This document shows positions 1 to 14,300 of a DNA stretch of 64,000 nt, in pieces; position 1 is the first letter of the stretch, and each line of letters starts with the position of its first letter. A model generated the notes under the pieces. The model was not told the DNA's origin and searched no databases. It saw nothing but the letters and a program-made list of their open reading frames with translations. The stretch spans positions 336,762 to 400,761 of the forward strand of contig NMRA01000367.1 in assembly GCA_002633005.1 (NCBI GenBank), read 5' to 3'. Source of the DNA: Phoronis australis (lineage: Eukaryota > Animalia > Phoronida). The translations under genes were made by a program, and so were the position numbers.

Positions 1-51
1 TGATTTATCCAAACATGACACTTGTCTTCCCTTTTAAACTCTCTTCACCAA

Positions 52-191
52 TGGCACATTGACTTATCCAGCTCAAATGTCACCAGTGGCCACTACATGG
101 TATCTGTCCCTGTGTATATAGTGGCACATTGACTTATCCAGCTCAAATGTCACCAGTGGCCACTACATGGTATCTGTCCCTGTGTATATAG
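52..191. repeat. 70-bp direct tandem duplication
   Basis: tggcacattgacttatccag...gtgtatatag x2. Confidence 0.9.
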
Positions 192-1141
192 GGGCTCACC
201 AATGATCTCCATACTGTCTGTCCCATGGAAGCCAACTCCTTCATTTTTTACGGATGTTTACATCCACACTCATAGCTGCTGATTCTGCTCCAGTGAACTT
301 GATAAACACTAGTCACAGTCCTCTCAGGGTTTCAAGTGATTAAGTTTCCTGCTTGTCAAACAACTAAATGTTGGTCTTAATTTTAATGTTAATGCTTCTC
401 TTTTTGTTGAGACCATCTCAACCATAGTTGTGGTTTCCATGGACTATAAGGACTATAATGTCTTGGTTGGAGCTGGCATGAAAACTGAGATAACTGACGG
501 TTGCAAATGTTGCTGGGCTGGGATACAGTTTAAAATATATAAACGAAATTAAGAGGAAAATATGTTTTTGAAGTTGGGTTAAATAGTTTTGTTTCAATTA
601 AACCAGAGTCACTTTTTGTTTACAGAAATTAGACCAGCATCAATTAAATGTCTTTGTTTTTTATACATTTATTGCCCAGGCAATATCACAAAGCCAGTCT
701 GAGGTATCCTTGTGATATACTTGGCTCACTGAATATCCTTGTAATATAGGCTCATAAAATATCCTTGTGATATACTAGGCTCACTTTAGAGGCAAAACTA
801 GCTTTTATCCACCATGTGCAGGAAGGTTGTCTTTATCTAATTACATAAACTGTTGGTGTGCGTGCCAACTGTTGGCTGGTATTTGTGGGTTTGTTTACAA
901 TAGATCACATTTTCCTATCATTATCAACAGTATTACAGGGGACTGCTCTGATGAATTGCTCATTAACTGTCACTAATAGCTTGTGTGAGTGGGCCCAGCT
1001 CACCCTTGCACATCAGGTTGGCTGATTAAAGTGTAGTTTACACTTTTAGAAGTTGACATGGATCAGCTGACAGTTGTTCCAGGGTGTAAAGGGGACTAAT
1101 ATGGAGCAAATTGACACGGTGGTAACAAATTTTGACACTGT

Positions 1142-1240
1142 TTGATAGGTAGAGCAATTTGCACTGGGACATCTTGATAGGTAGAGCAATTTGCACTGGG
1201 ACATCTTGATAGGTAGAGCAATTTGCACTGGGACATCTTG
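1142..1240. repeat. 32-bp minisatellite x3
   Basis: ttgataggtagagcaatttgcactgggacatc. Confidence 0.9.
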
Positions 1241-2106
1241 CTCTATGTCAATTATATGTCTGAATGAGTAAGGCGGAAAGGATCATCTCTACTACGCTTG
1301 CCTTAGTTTCTGCAACTCTCGTCATTTGTAAAGCTGCGCATGTGCGATCCAGTCTCTCTGGCCTGCAATTTCTGTCTAGCCACAGTTAATGAGTTGCGTG
1401 TGTAAACGGCCGCTTGACTCAGGTCAATTTTCTCCGTGTCAGTTGCGCTGGGACAAAAGTTGATGTCTAAACGAGACTCAAGATGTAGAACATCAGGAAC
1501 TTTTGTCTTGAACAATCATCAGCAGCCAGTTGTCATGGTGACCCATGTACTGGTGTGTCACCCTGCTCCAATGTCAAGCGCCTCCAATACAATACGATTA
1601 TCGAGAGTCAAAATTCAAAATTCCATGTTTTTTTCAGCTATGAACTCTGCTGGTGGAGTGAAAGTAGTTCTAATTCATCTTTTTTCGTCTATTCCAGTAG
1701 CTTGTTCTGAGTATTAGGATGAAGTCATGAATTAATCATTTTGTTTTAATCGCCTTATGATTGCTCACCATTCATGACAAGAGTTTTATTTGCTGTACTT
1801 AACCAACCAAATGTACATGCTTGATGCATTGAAATGTTCCAAACACTGTTTTATACCAGTGTACACTTAAATAGTCACTGGTGCAACTTTGTGGACAATG
1901 TCAGGCTGTGAAAGTGTGGAGGAGTGAAGGCTCGTAAAGGCAACAAAATAATGCATTAAGTTAAAACAGCGATTAGTCTTTGTTTTTGTTTAGTTACAAT
2001 TGGAAAAAGAAAGTGATTTAATAGTTTAACAACATGAAGTGTATTTTTGATTGTATTTAATTGTCATTTATGTCACACTAAATAATTATATTTTAATCTA
2101 TTTTAG

Positions 2107-2301
2107 CTCTTCCGAGCGCCTATCCAGAAGTAATTGATGGCCCCAGATTACAGTCAGTAGAGCGTGGTTTAACGGCAACTCTAGAGTGCAGAGTGAATGG
2201 AGTGCCACAGCCTGTTGTCTATTGGTTAAAGGACTTCAGACCTCTTGATGCAAAGTCAGACCCCAGGATAGAACTGTACAAAGTCGATAATAATCCCAAC
2301 T
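2107..2301 (+). CDS. Lar: Lar exon, Ig2 N-terminal part
   Basis: ttttag|CTCTTCCG...CCCAACT|gtgagt; [47 protein letters not shown]...[12 protein letters not shown]; phase 1/1. Confidence 0.93.
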
Positions 2302-5300
2302 GTGAGTTTTGCACTGTAGTTTGATCATATGGTGATTATTTAATGTTATATTTGTATTGAATTTATGCAAAAGTGTACATTTTAGAAGAATTTTCTAAGT
2401 ATTTGTGTTTTACCAGTTTTCACAGAAATTTGATGTCATAGCCGTTGTAAGTTGTGTTGATACGTATTACCTCCATGAACCGTTAACTCTCTTTGCACAA
2501 CTTCAAGGGCAGCTTCTGTGTGTTATCTCCTTTGTTGCCAGTAGCAACAAGTATCACTGTTGTTGCCTGTCCATACACTGTCATTATTCGTGTCACTGAT
2601 CAACATGTCCACTGATCAACATGTCACTGATCAACATGTCCACTGAAATAGAGCATCTCCAATTTTGTTCCGTTTTTTTTGATCAACTCAAGAGAAGTCT
2701 GTCTACGCACTCTAATTAAAGTATGTGGAAAGCAATATACACCAATCACAGAGCTTAAACAGGGTGTTCTGTGTCATCTGATTTTGTGATTCTCCAGAGA
2801 GGACATACTGTGCAATTTGATGTTGACTTTCTCCAGAGGGGATATGTTGTGTCATCTGATATTGAAGTTCTCCAGAGAAGATGTGCTGTGTCGTGTGATA
2901 TTGAGGTTCTCCAGAGAACATATGATGTCATCTGTCATTGAGGTTCTCCAGAGGTGATATACTGTGTCATGTGATATTGAGGTTCCTCCCTGGAGAAGAT
3001 ATGCTGTGTTATCTGTTATTGAGGTTCTCCCGGAGAAGATATGCTGTGTTATCTGATATTGAGGTTCTCCAGAGAGGATATGCTGTGTTATCTGATATTG
3101 AGGTTCTCCAGAGAGGATATGCTGTGTTATCTGATATTGAGGTTCTCCAGAGAGGACATGCTGTGTTATCTGATATTCAGGTTCTCCAGAGAGGACTTGC
3201 TGTGTTATCTAATATTCAGGTTCTCCAGAGAGGACATGCTGTGTTATCTAATATTCAGGTTCTCCAGAGCACTACACTAGTGATTGAAGGGAGCATCAAC
3301 TGTAGTCTATCCTTCAAGTTACAGCAAGAGTCCATTGTTTGTACCAACAGGATATTATGATCATAGTCTCATAGTGGCTTTATTGGTTGACTGGGTCATA
3401 CCTACTCCTAAACCTGGTCTGACCAACATGACATGAGATGCCTGTTCACTTTCTCCATCTGTGGCTAGTGATTGCTTGTAATTACCGTATAACAACTGTT
3501 GGTAATCTACTGATGATGACAGGGCCCAACTGTTTGTAATCATCCATTGATAGCCTGTGTGAGAAGCTTGTAACAAGAATAGCAGTCATTGACATGACAA
3601 GTATGCTCCTGTGTTCAACTGAATATTATGTTTTTGGAAACAGCAACTAATAGTCATAATTCCTGCAGGCTTCTGTAGTCATCATCATTCGCTCATTTCT
3701 AAACTGGCCAACACACTGGCAAGTTATAGTTTAATTGTGTTGACACATGAGATGAGTAAATTGATTAAACCAATGGATCCTGTTCTCTACTCCATGTCCA
3801 TCATGCACTCTGACAATGAAAAGTGCAGCTTGTAGTTAATCTTCCTTATCTCTGTGGTTACTTGGTCGAATTAGTTAGAAACACAACACATTCCAGAGAA
3901 TATGAACAAGTAGGTTGAAAATTAGCAAACGACTTCTGTGTCGAAAATGATCTTCTGTCGAAAATGAAAAATGATTGACTTCTGTGTCGAAAATGATCGT
4001 TGTAAATCACTCAACCGTGTCCAGTAAGTATCTTGAGGCGGTGTTGGACAACAACGCTGCATGGTGGGGGTTATGTGAGCCTCCAAAGGTCACCTATTTG
4101 CAGAATTTTTTGTTTTTTAATTAACAAGATGTCAATTAATACAACTGCATTTTAATTAATGTAGATGATGTTCAAGTAGCATTGTTGTTCCTTCTGGCAT
4201 AGTTTGGAGCATGCCAATATATCTGTAAGCATGATGACCAATAGGTGAGCATCTTCACAGGTCAAAAGTACAACCAGTATCTTGGCTTCAGGCACACTGT
4301 AATCCATTTTTGGTCATGTTTCCAACCAGGCATCAATGCTTCAGTGCAGTATAAAAACTCAACAGGTTTTCAATTCCTCCACAATGAATGCATTATTTAG
4401 TTTTCTCACATTTCCATCTTTGATATTTTGCTTAAAGGTATTTGTATTTTACTGCATATTTTACTGTGGAGATCACATTTTGACCTAGTTTAGGCTTTGT
4501 GCAGCTTACTTGAACTATGGCAACCATGGCAACCATGGAAGATTTTAAATGATTGATTAACAAACTTGAAACTCATCTCTAGCTGTATAAATGTTTTAAC
4601 CAATTTTTTAAAAACATTTGAAATACTTTATCCAATTTGAAGAGTTATTAGAGTGATTACACATGCTAGCTCTTTAGAATGGACCAAGGAAAAAATGGAT
4701 GATGCAATGAAAACTCAACCTCATTAGTGTAAGACTCCTTGTGATCTAACTGGTTGTCAAGAGCATCAACATGTGTCCTGCTGAGGACCACCTACTTGTA
4801 ATCTGTTAGGAATAAGTTGTAACCCAGTTTATAACTGTAAGTGGCCCATTATAGCAGTTTGAAAGGCTGTGCATGGTCCTTGTATTAAACATATCTTCAT
4901 AAGCTTTCAATAAGTGCAGACTTTCAAAATACTGAGCACCTGTTCCCCCCAATAGTCCTTCCCAGTTACAGCAGATTTTAACCCTGACATCAGAAGTGTG
5001 TTCAACAGAGTGAGCGCCCGCTAGCGTGTACTCGCGAATACAAGGAACAGCTCCTGAACAGCTGTGAGTGCTCACTGNAACATTGATTCAACTTGTGTTA
5101 TCCACTGAACATTGATTCAACTTGTGTTATCCACTGAACATTGATTCAACTTGTGTTATCCACTGAACATTGATTCAACTTGTGTTATCCACTGAACATT
5201 GATTCAACTTGTGTTATCCACTGAACATTGATTCAACTTGTGTTATCCACTGAACATTGATTCAACTTGTGTTATCCACTGAACATTGATTCAACTTGTG

Positions 5301-8300
5301 TTATCCACTGAACATTGATTCAACTTGTGTTATCCACTGAACATTGATTCAACTTGTGTTATCCACTGAACATTGATTCAACTTGTGTTATCCACTGAAC
5401 ATTGATTCAACTTGTGTTATCCACTGAACATTGATTCAACTTGTGTTATCCACTGAACATTGATTCAACTTGTGTTATCCACTGAACATTGATTCAACTT
5501 GTGTTATCCACTGAACATTGATTCAACTTGTGTTATCCACTGAACATTGATTCAACTTGTGTTATCCACTGAACATTGATTCAACTTGTGTTATCCACTG
5601 AACATTGATTCAACTTGTGTTATCCACTGAACATTGATTCAACTTGTGTTATCCACTGAACATTGATTCAACTTGTGTTATCCACTGAACATTGATTCAA
5701 CTTGTGTTATCCACTGAACATTGATTCAACTTGTGTTATCCTACTGTTTGACATCTACTGATATGACGCCAGTTCTTGTCAGTTGTATGGCGACCCATAA
5801 AAATGTGGCCAGCATCATATCAGACAAGTGATTGTGTAAAAATACTACAACATGGTATTGTCAAGCTGTCACTGTGCAGTAGGAACATTACTACAGTGAA
5901 CCAATTCATGGATTTATTTCACTTTTCATTAGACTGACTCTGCATCTAATTTTAATACAAATTGGTATTAGTCTGATATGCTAGTCATAAATTGATATTA
6001 GTCTGATATGCTAGTCATAAATTGATATTAGTTTGATGCTAGTTTTAACATTGACAATCCTAGTATGTTCCATGATTTGTTAACTAAAACACAATCACAT
6101 GAAGCAGATTGACGTATAGTGCTTAGCTCCGATCTATGTAAATTATTTAGAGCCCTATTCAGTTAGTTTTATTTGTACAATTAATGTTTTATGTTTGGGC
6201 TGGTTCATTTCAATTCTTTCTCAACATTTGCACTCGCTATCTGAAAGTCAAGGATGAAAAAAAAATCAATTAGGAAATTCTGATTTTCCTTAAAGTCCAG
6301 TAGTCCCGTCCTGATGGAACTCTGGTTATAATTACTGTAATTAATATTTCAGGGGACTTTGATTACAACTGTCTTCCATAATCTCTTCCATCCATGGAGA
6401 ATGGGATTGTTGAGGCATTATAGTGGATGGAAGTCGTACTATAAATGTCTGAAGGTGACCCCCCCCCCCTTTACCTTGCCCCTCTTACCCCCTCATCACA
6501 TGTAATGGATGTACAACAGGTCTGACCCTCATAGTTATCCCTGCTCTACTGTCATGGCCATGTCAACCACCTCTCCAACTGCTTTGTCACAGTTGGTACA
6601 CAGTTTTACCACAACATTTATCTGTCACTGACTATGGTACACTTTGAATGGCTTCACAGGTTTGTTTGGCAAGTTTATAAACACTTCCTCCATCTATTCT
6701 GTGTGAAAAGCTTGCAGGCAGATTTATTGATCAGATAAACCTGGCCTATGTAAACAGTCCACATCTGATACCTGTCACCCCTTAATCTATGTACCTGTGG
6801 TGCAGTCCAGCTCAATCCACATGCAAAAGCAGTATTGTTTATTTGATCAAAGGGGTGGCCACTGTGTTATTTGATATATTTGAATTGTATGCACATTGAA
6901 TAGTCATTCAATTGATCAGACAAAGGCACACAAAAGGTGTATGGAAACAGGAGCTCTTTTTAAAAAGTCAAATTGTGCAGTGCAGTGTGCAATGACAGGT
7001 TAAAAATTGTTGAATTATCACACATGGAGGCTGTTTGTAATAGAATGTTCAGAGAGTTGGGCTGGCAAGTCAACTTGTTCTGGTAGAACCATGGATGATT
7101 TATGATGTGGTTTTTGACATGCTTACTCCAGGATTGGCTGAAAACTGTCAGGGCAGTTTAAACTCACTTTCTCTTCTGTCTGTCAAGTAGAAGTGGAAGC
7201 CAGGTCTCATGTGAAGACAACATTAACAATACAGTGAGGATCAACAGTAGAATTGATCACAAGTCAAGAAGAGATAGTGAAGTGTGGCCATTGGTGGTGT
7301 AACCCTGCCTAGTATAGACTCTACTAATACTCATCAACAGGACACAGTAGGAACAGATCATCTTTGAAAGGCCACCAGTGTGTATTGGAGGCTGAGTGGC
7401 TGGGCTTAGTGTTAAGTAGCTGGAGGTACTACTGTCAGTCAACTTCATGTCTCTTCATTCATCCACAGCTACAGTGATGTTGTTGGTTTAACAGATAACT
7501 GTTTGTAGGCTTTGACCATCAATTGTAGTAGGTCTGGTGGTGTGAACAAGGAGTGTACTTCATTATATAGACTGGTGCTTGGCAGACAGGAATACACTGG
7601 AACTGTGGGAATACACTGGTCTTTGGCAGTGGAACTGTGGGGATTTAGTACACAGCTTACTGTTTGATGAAAGATAAGAAAAATTAACAACTGAGGCTAC
7701 ATCACTTGAAGAGTACATACAGTAGATTTAAAGCAACCGTTTATTAGTAAAGGATTACTTTGAAGGAGGTGACAGGTTGGTTGGTGTTAAAAAGTACAAG
7801 GAATGAAGCGGTGAAGCTGAGACTGGATTAGGTTACATATTTTGAAGGTTGTGGATACCTGGAGTATTAATCACTGAGATGTGGATGATGGATAACTATG
7901 TAATATACTTGCTGTTGGCTGTACTGGGATTAACTGTTCATGGAGGCTTTTCTCAAGAAACAAGTAAGTGTATACTTTGAATATGTGTATTGTTACAGTG
8001 CATCGACTGGAGATCGATAACTCTAAAGAGTCAGATCAAGCTCAGTATGAGTGTGTGGCGGAGAATTCTGCAGGACTGGCTTACTCTCTAGCGGCACAGT
8101 TGTATATCCGAGGTAAGTTTCACCTCATCTTGTTTTTTACAGGTTCCTACCCTGCAAACACTCTCAGCAGCCGATTACTTCCTGTTACCATTGTCGCTTG
8201 GCTTGTCCCATTGTCTTGTTGACTGTTTGTATGGTCTACTTGTATGTCTTGTGCAAATGTGTTGCATCTGGCCTCGCCTGTTGCATGCGCCATCTTGTGG

Positions 8301-11300
8301 CAGATGCTTGTCGTGACCTGCGTGCTTCTCTGTATGAAGGAGTGAAATTAATGCCCCCTCTGTAACAACTGTTAAGCATCTTGTCCCTGCATCGTGTCAC
8401 TTGCCCCTTCTCGGTGTCCCTTCGCACTGATGTGTCCACCCTTATGCCTTGTTTTGCATTTCTCCTCTTACCTGTGGTAAAATTTCACTATAGAACTGAG
8501 AAGTAATTTTTCATTTTTTATGAAAAATGATTAGCACAAAATGGATGTGTTTTTAAGTATTTGAGTTTAATAATTTGACTAGCACTGAACAACAGTTTGG
8601 GATAATTGTGAGTTCTCAATAATGTTAGAAGTCATGGGAAAATGGAAAAAAAATATGATTTTATAATTTACTTTTGTCCAAATTTAGTGAAATTTTACTG
8701 AAGTGTTAACCTAATAACAATTAATCCCTGCCGCTTCCTTCTTGAATGTTTTTGTAAAGTCACTGGCTTCTTACTGTTCTGGAAGAAGTTGCTTTTTTGT
8801 TTCTCCCCTGAATTGTTCTTTGTTGTATTGCCAAAAGATATTGCACACTGTCGACATTGTGATGTTTCTCATCTCTTTTCCTCTATGGTTGTTTCATCTC
8901 CATTACTTGCTACATTAGTCCTTGGGAGCATCGACCGTATCTTTTGTTGATACTGGGAATAGAAAATGAGCCATTTCAATAATCCACCTATATTTCTGTT
9001 GCGACTCATCCAACCTTTGAAATCAATAGCATAATCATTTCAATTTGAATATCAATATTTGATGGATATAAAAGTGAATTAGTTTTCCTTGAATTTGTGA
9101 AAATTTTATATTGATAATTTCAAGAAATTAATCATCAAGAAATTAATTTGCCCGATTTAAAAATGTTACACGACAGCTTTTTTGTAAGCAGCCATTTTAT
9201 AACACGAGCTTCCGAAAAGACATTCATTGTAATAAATTGGGTTACTGCTAATACTGTCTCCTCTTTATTTTATTGAACTACCATTATGTTCATCTCTATC
9301 TTACAAGTTGTGCAATGTGCATCTCTCATTCAAAATGGCTGCCACACCTCGGCATACCTCTGGTTGGCTGGGCTCTTATCATGTTACCAACTATTTCTGG
9401 GAATTGGCACACAACTTTCTTATGTTTCTCATGCACTGTCTTAAACATTTTCTCTAGATCTCTCTCTTTCTCTCTCTATGTCACACACTTTACCCACTTA
9501 AAATATCCTGATTGTGATGGTCACAGATATTCAGTTTAAAGATTGTGTCTTTATGCCTCATATTATTAAAAAATATTTAAGAATTGTCATTTGGTCTGCC
9601 ACGTCTACAAATTTATTAATATAAGTCGGACGACTGTAAGTCGTGTTTAATACTTCCATATATTATTTGTACTAATGAACTGTTCATTGCACGTATACAT
9701 ATATTGCCCTCTATCTCATTTGAGTTTCATTAACCCAAACGTGGGTGCAGTGCAGTCCCTCATTATTTGACTGTTCACCTCTCTGCTATGTAACATCTCA
9801 GAAGTCCTCTCTCCCAACACATTACTGACATTATCTTACATTGTAACACTAATTAGCACTATTATTGTAACTCTAACTAGCACTATAAACTCCAGTGTTG
9901 GTGACAACAAACAGTGCTTGGGCTCCACTCACAACCAATAACACAACTACAATAAAGATTCTCTGGCTTGGGACAATCTTTATAACTTGAGGTCATGATG
10001 TTCAAGACGAATTTGAATTTTCTTGAAGATTGGTACATGAGTGACTTGCGTTAAAAGTATTTCTCAAATATGTCTTAGTTCATAAAATTGTCAAAATGGC
10101 CACTGATGCCACTTGTGTCCCCATACTGTGTGACATCGACTTGAATGCTCCTTTGTCATTAATTGATAGTCTTGAAAATTTGGATAACCAGTATTGACTA
10201 TTTCTAAAATTCGGTGACCAAAATATTTAATTCCCCCCATTCCAAACTGGAGAATTTTTACTGTACACAGCATTTGGTGTAGCCTGATGAGGCCAATTAT
10301 AAATATTGTCCCGTTGTGTTACTGCTTTTAGTGGTGGATATGGCTCTGGTATTTCCCTGGGGTGGGCAGGGCAGCCAAGTGTTGCAGGTGATGGTATAAT
10401 GGGGCTCTTATTACCTTGAGCTGGGTTGCATCAGGCAGTATAGTGCTTCTGGTAAATAATATGATGGGGCTAATGTTACGGGGGACTGGTTAGGACATCG
10501 TACTCCTTGTAAGTTACGAGAACAGGGCTGCATTCTGTAGATCTAAGACAATAGCTTGCACTTGCAGTGAAACATCTGTGAAAGTTATATCCCATAATTT
10601 ATGAATTCTATCCCATGATTCAACATTCCAACCTCACCGACCAATCACTTTCATGGCCACCATTTGCTAGGTTATACTCTTGCCAGTTTGGTCTTGACTA
10701 TACTTGTGAAACATATTTTTCTTGTGTGATTTGTGCGGTCTTACTTTATTAACAAAAAATTTTAAGTCTACAGAATGCTCCTGGGTAATCATTTAGTGCC
10801 GGCATACTTTAGCACGTTGACATTGTTGCAATGTTCAGGTGCACTAAGCTGTCTGTAACTGTGCTTGGTGGTTGGTACACTCATGACTGGTAGTTGGGTT
10901 GCTTGTCACCAATACTGGAGTTATCTCCCCCTGTTCCCCAAGGCTTAGTTGGATTAATATGTTTTTATCTCCCCTGAAGATCTCGGCAAGACTGGTAAGA
11001 AGGAAGCACCTGACTTGTTTTCTTTTTATACTGATTGAAGTCATTGTGTCACTGTTTTCGTATAGTTTAATCCACTCGCATGTTGTGAGGTTCTGGCCCA
11101 CTCACCCACCCTACCCACAATCCTCTGTCACTAATTCCCGCATTACGTGTGTTGTTCTTAAGTAGAAACGAGTTTCACACACAAGTGGTGTCCCAAGGTA
11201 CAACTTCAAGCACACATTCATGGTCTACCCTTTATTATGTCATTCAGCATGTTTTGTCAGTCATGCACTAGATATTTCCCCTGTTCAAAATACTAACCAA

Positions 11301-14300
11301 ATGAGGTTTGAATTATATAAAAATGTCTCATTAGTTGTCTCAGTAAGGCCACTAATTTCCTGATGACAGACGTGGGCTTTCTACCAATTGTCTGTGTCTT
11401 TACCATGTGTTAACAAATCCAGCCCTGCTTTGATTACCCTCTTACCAAATGAATGTGCCACTGATTCATGTCTTCTGATAACACCTGATCTTGTGAACAC
11501 TCATTTTTACTTAAAAACAGTTGCTTGCCATAGTGTGCCCATAGTTTCCTCTGTATAGTGAGAAACTCTGGGTTAGAGCTTGGCACAGGTGGGATATTGC
11601 ACACACCGAAGAATCGTATCAAAATATTGAAGAGAGGGAGTGTTGTGGAAGAGTGTGCGTGTGTGTGTGTGTGTGTGCAGTATCTCTGACCTGCACTTTA
11701 TCGGGTGCATGCTCATTAACCACATTTCATTTATAATTCCACCATTCTCTCCCACTATTTACAAAGATGAACTACAGTTCCTAGCATCAGAAGGTAGGCC
11801 TGTATTACTACAGCCAGGTTACTGTGTCCGTCTGTGTGTCTGTCTGTCTGTCTGTCACGTGACCTCTCCTAATTTGTTGTGGAATGTTGTTCACCTTTCT
11901 CACTGTCCCTGCGGGTGGCACCACCAACTGGTGGGGACTGCTCGTCTGATATCACTATTCACTAGCAGGTAAGAGTCATGCCAGAAAGTCACACAAAACT
12001 CTCACAGAACCATTACTTCCATTCTTTTGTCAAAAAACAAGTTTTTATTTAGAGCACCTTAAAAGTGGTCTTAAAAGTGTTTCTTTGTTAAAATAGATGT
12101 GATTTTTGGGCTTGTAAATAACATTGTGTATTTATTGGGACCAAGCTCTTCCGCACCCAATGTATCATTTCTAAACTGAGTAGGGGACAAGCTAAGACCA
12201 ATTTTATATTGGTAAATGACCTAAATCTTAAGTTATTTTCTTGACAGAAAGCGTGGGTTTAACACCGCTTTATTTTATCACAAAGAGTGTTTTTCTATCC
12301 ATACAAATCGTGATTGAAGGTCAATGCTTGCTCCAATATTCATCATTGTCAGTAATGACCTTAATTTAATTCTGCCTGGTAAATGTCAACCTACCATCAA
12401 AAGAATGATAATGATTTCCCAAAATTGACTGGTTTGAGTTAAATCTGCAACATCACATCTGATCGATGCTGGTTATTTTCCTCTGCTTCTCACATGGTTG
12501 TGTGCTAGTAGTGATGGACATCTGGCTTGTCCTGCCTTATAGTCTGGATCATTCAAACACTCAACACTATGTTTGTGTACGCCTCTACACACACGCAGTT
12601 ATTATCAAAGTCAAGTTTGTTTTGTCAAATCCAGCAGAAGAAGGAATTTATGAATTTCGCTTGGCCACAGTGTAATCTACAGGGAACTGATGCAAAGCTA
12701 AAATGTCGGCCATTTGGTTAATAACTGATTAAAAAGTCACCTCAATGACAAAGTGTCTTAATGAGGCTTATCTGTTGGTTGACATTTCAACTTTAAAAAA
12801 AGAGAATTAAATATTGAAGTCTACGCTATGTATGTGTGTGTTTGAATGAGTTCCAGTTGTCACATTTATCCGATATTATGCCTCCAGAACAGTGCAATTA
12901 GTGATATTTGATAAATGGTTATTCTCACTTTCAGCTGGTGTGCTAGACATGTCTAAACAGTTTAACACATTATGATTTGTAGATGGGACACCTAGTGTTT
13001 AATGTTATTGGCAGATATGAATGCCTGCAACATTACACAAATTTGCTGCTCACTTATTTAATGTTTGAAATTTGTTTTACTGGAGTTTTAGTACTTCTCA
13101 ATATTGTATGTACAAAATGGGTTAATTTCCTGGCTAGTTGGTCTGTCCACACTTTCACTAGCAAGCATTTGTGTTTAGCAATATTGACCAATGAAAATGG
13201 AGGTGAAGAAGGTCACAGTGATTAGCTGGCTGAAGATAACTGCAGTGTAATAATGAACCATCTGATACTCATAAAGATGTCTGTTCAGTGCAAGAAATCT
13301 AGTGCAAACTGAAGCCATTACTTGTGCCTGGCTGGTGATTGTTTTTATCAAAGACATCAGATTACTACTGTAGGCTCTATGTGTTCTCTTGTTATATTTC
13401 TGTAAACACTGGATCTCTGTATGTTAATCTGGAATATGGTATCTGCATGGCTGGACACCATGGGAGATGATAATGTTACTTACAGTGTCTTGAGATGTTG
13501 TCCGTATGTGCAAGAAACTCCTCAAAATCAAGATCATTTGAGTTTTGACAAGATATGGCCACACATTACCAAACAAAGCACGTGATCATACTTTTTTGCG
13601 AGCGCCATGCATCTATTGAATGTACCCTGGCAAGTGCACGACAACCAACCGTTTCTCAATGTTTTCATTCTTGTCCAAATGTCTCAACTTCAGACCACAT
13701 CTCAACTCGGTTACATTTTGTTGCATATTTTCAACTTGCAGTCATTTCAACAATTTCTTCCCTTAACTGCTCTCAGTTAATGCCTGAGTAACTAATTAGC
13801 TGACCATATGGCCAACCATGGATAATTTTTTCTTAAACTAATTAGTTGTTGGTTGGTACAGAGTCTACAGACCCTGCATTAATAGTTTTAGCAGACGCTC
13901 TGGTCTCCAGTTTCACTTGAGCAGGAAGACTAAATAACTGGTTTTACCACAAGTCCCATTCCAATTTCAAAACAAACATTAACAAATGGCAGACGACATT
14001 TTTCTTTATTTCCTTTGTTACAAATTACCAAGTTACTGCATCACGTCAGCACGTTATTTTTGACAGCAATTATTTCCTTTTATTAAATTAGATTTCATTC
14101 AACTTACATCTTGACATTATTTGTTGAAGCAGTACATTATGTAGGTGGAGTCACTTCCTGTTTAGAGATGTACCATATACAGAGAACAACATCATAGGGC
14201 TCAAGTGTTTCTCCCTCAGAAACCATGTCAAACTGATTGAAACTTGCCAAATATTCAGTTTGTGTTGAGATGTGGCCTGCTCGAGGGAGGGGGGTGGGTG

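Noticed and set aside
5079-5741. 29-bp perfect repeat array of CRISPR-like length
   Set aside because: Head-to-tail with no unique spacers, no cas genes, inside an animal intron: a minisatellite.
8113-8222. Read-through of the Ig2 exon giving a hydrophobic tail (…[16 protein letters not shown])
   Set aside because: The donor is a perfect AG|GTAAGT; the hydrophobicity is explained by T-rich intron sequence, and I saw no nearby poly(A) signal.
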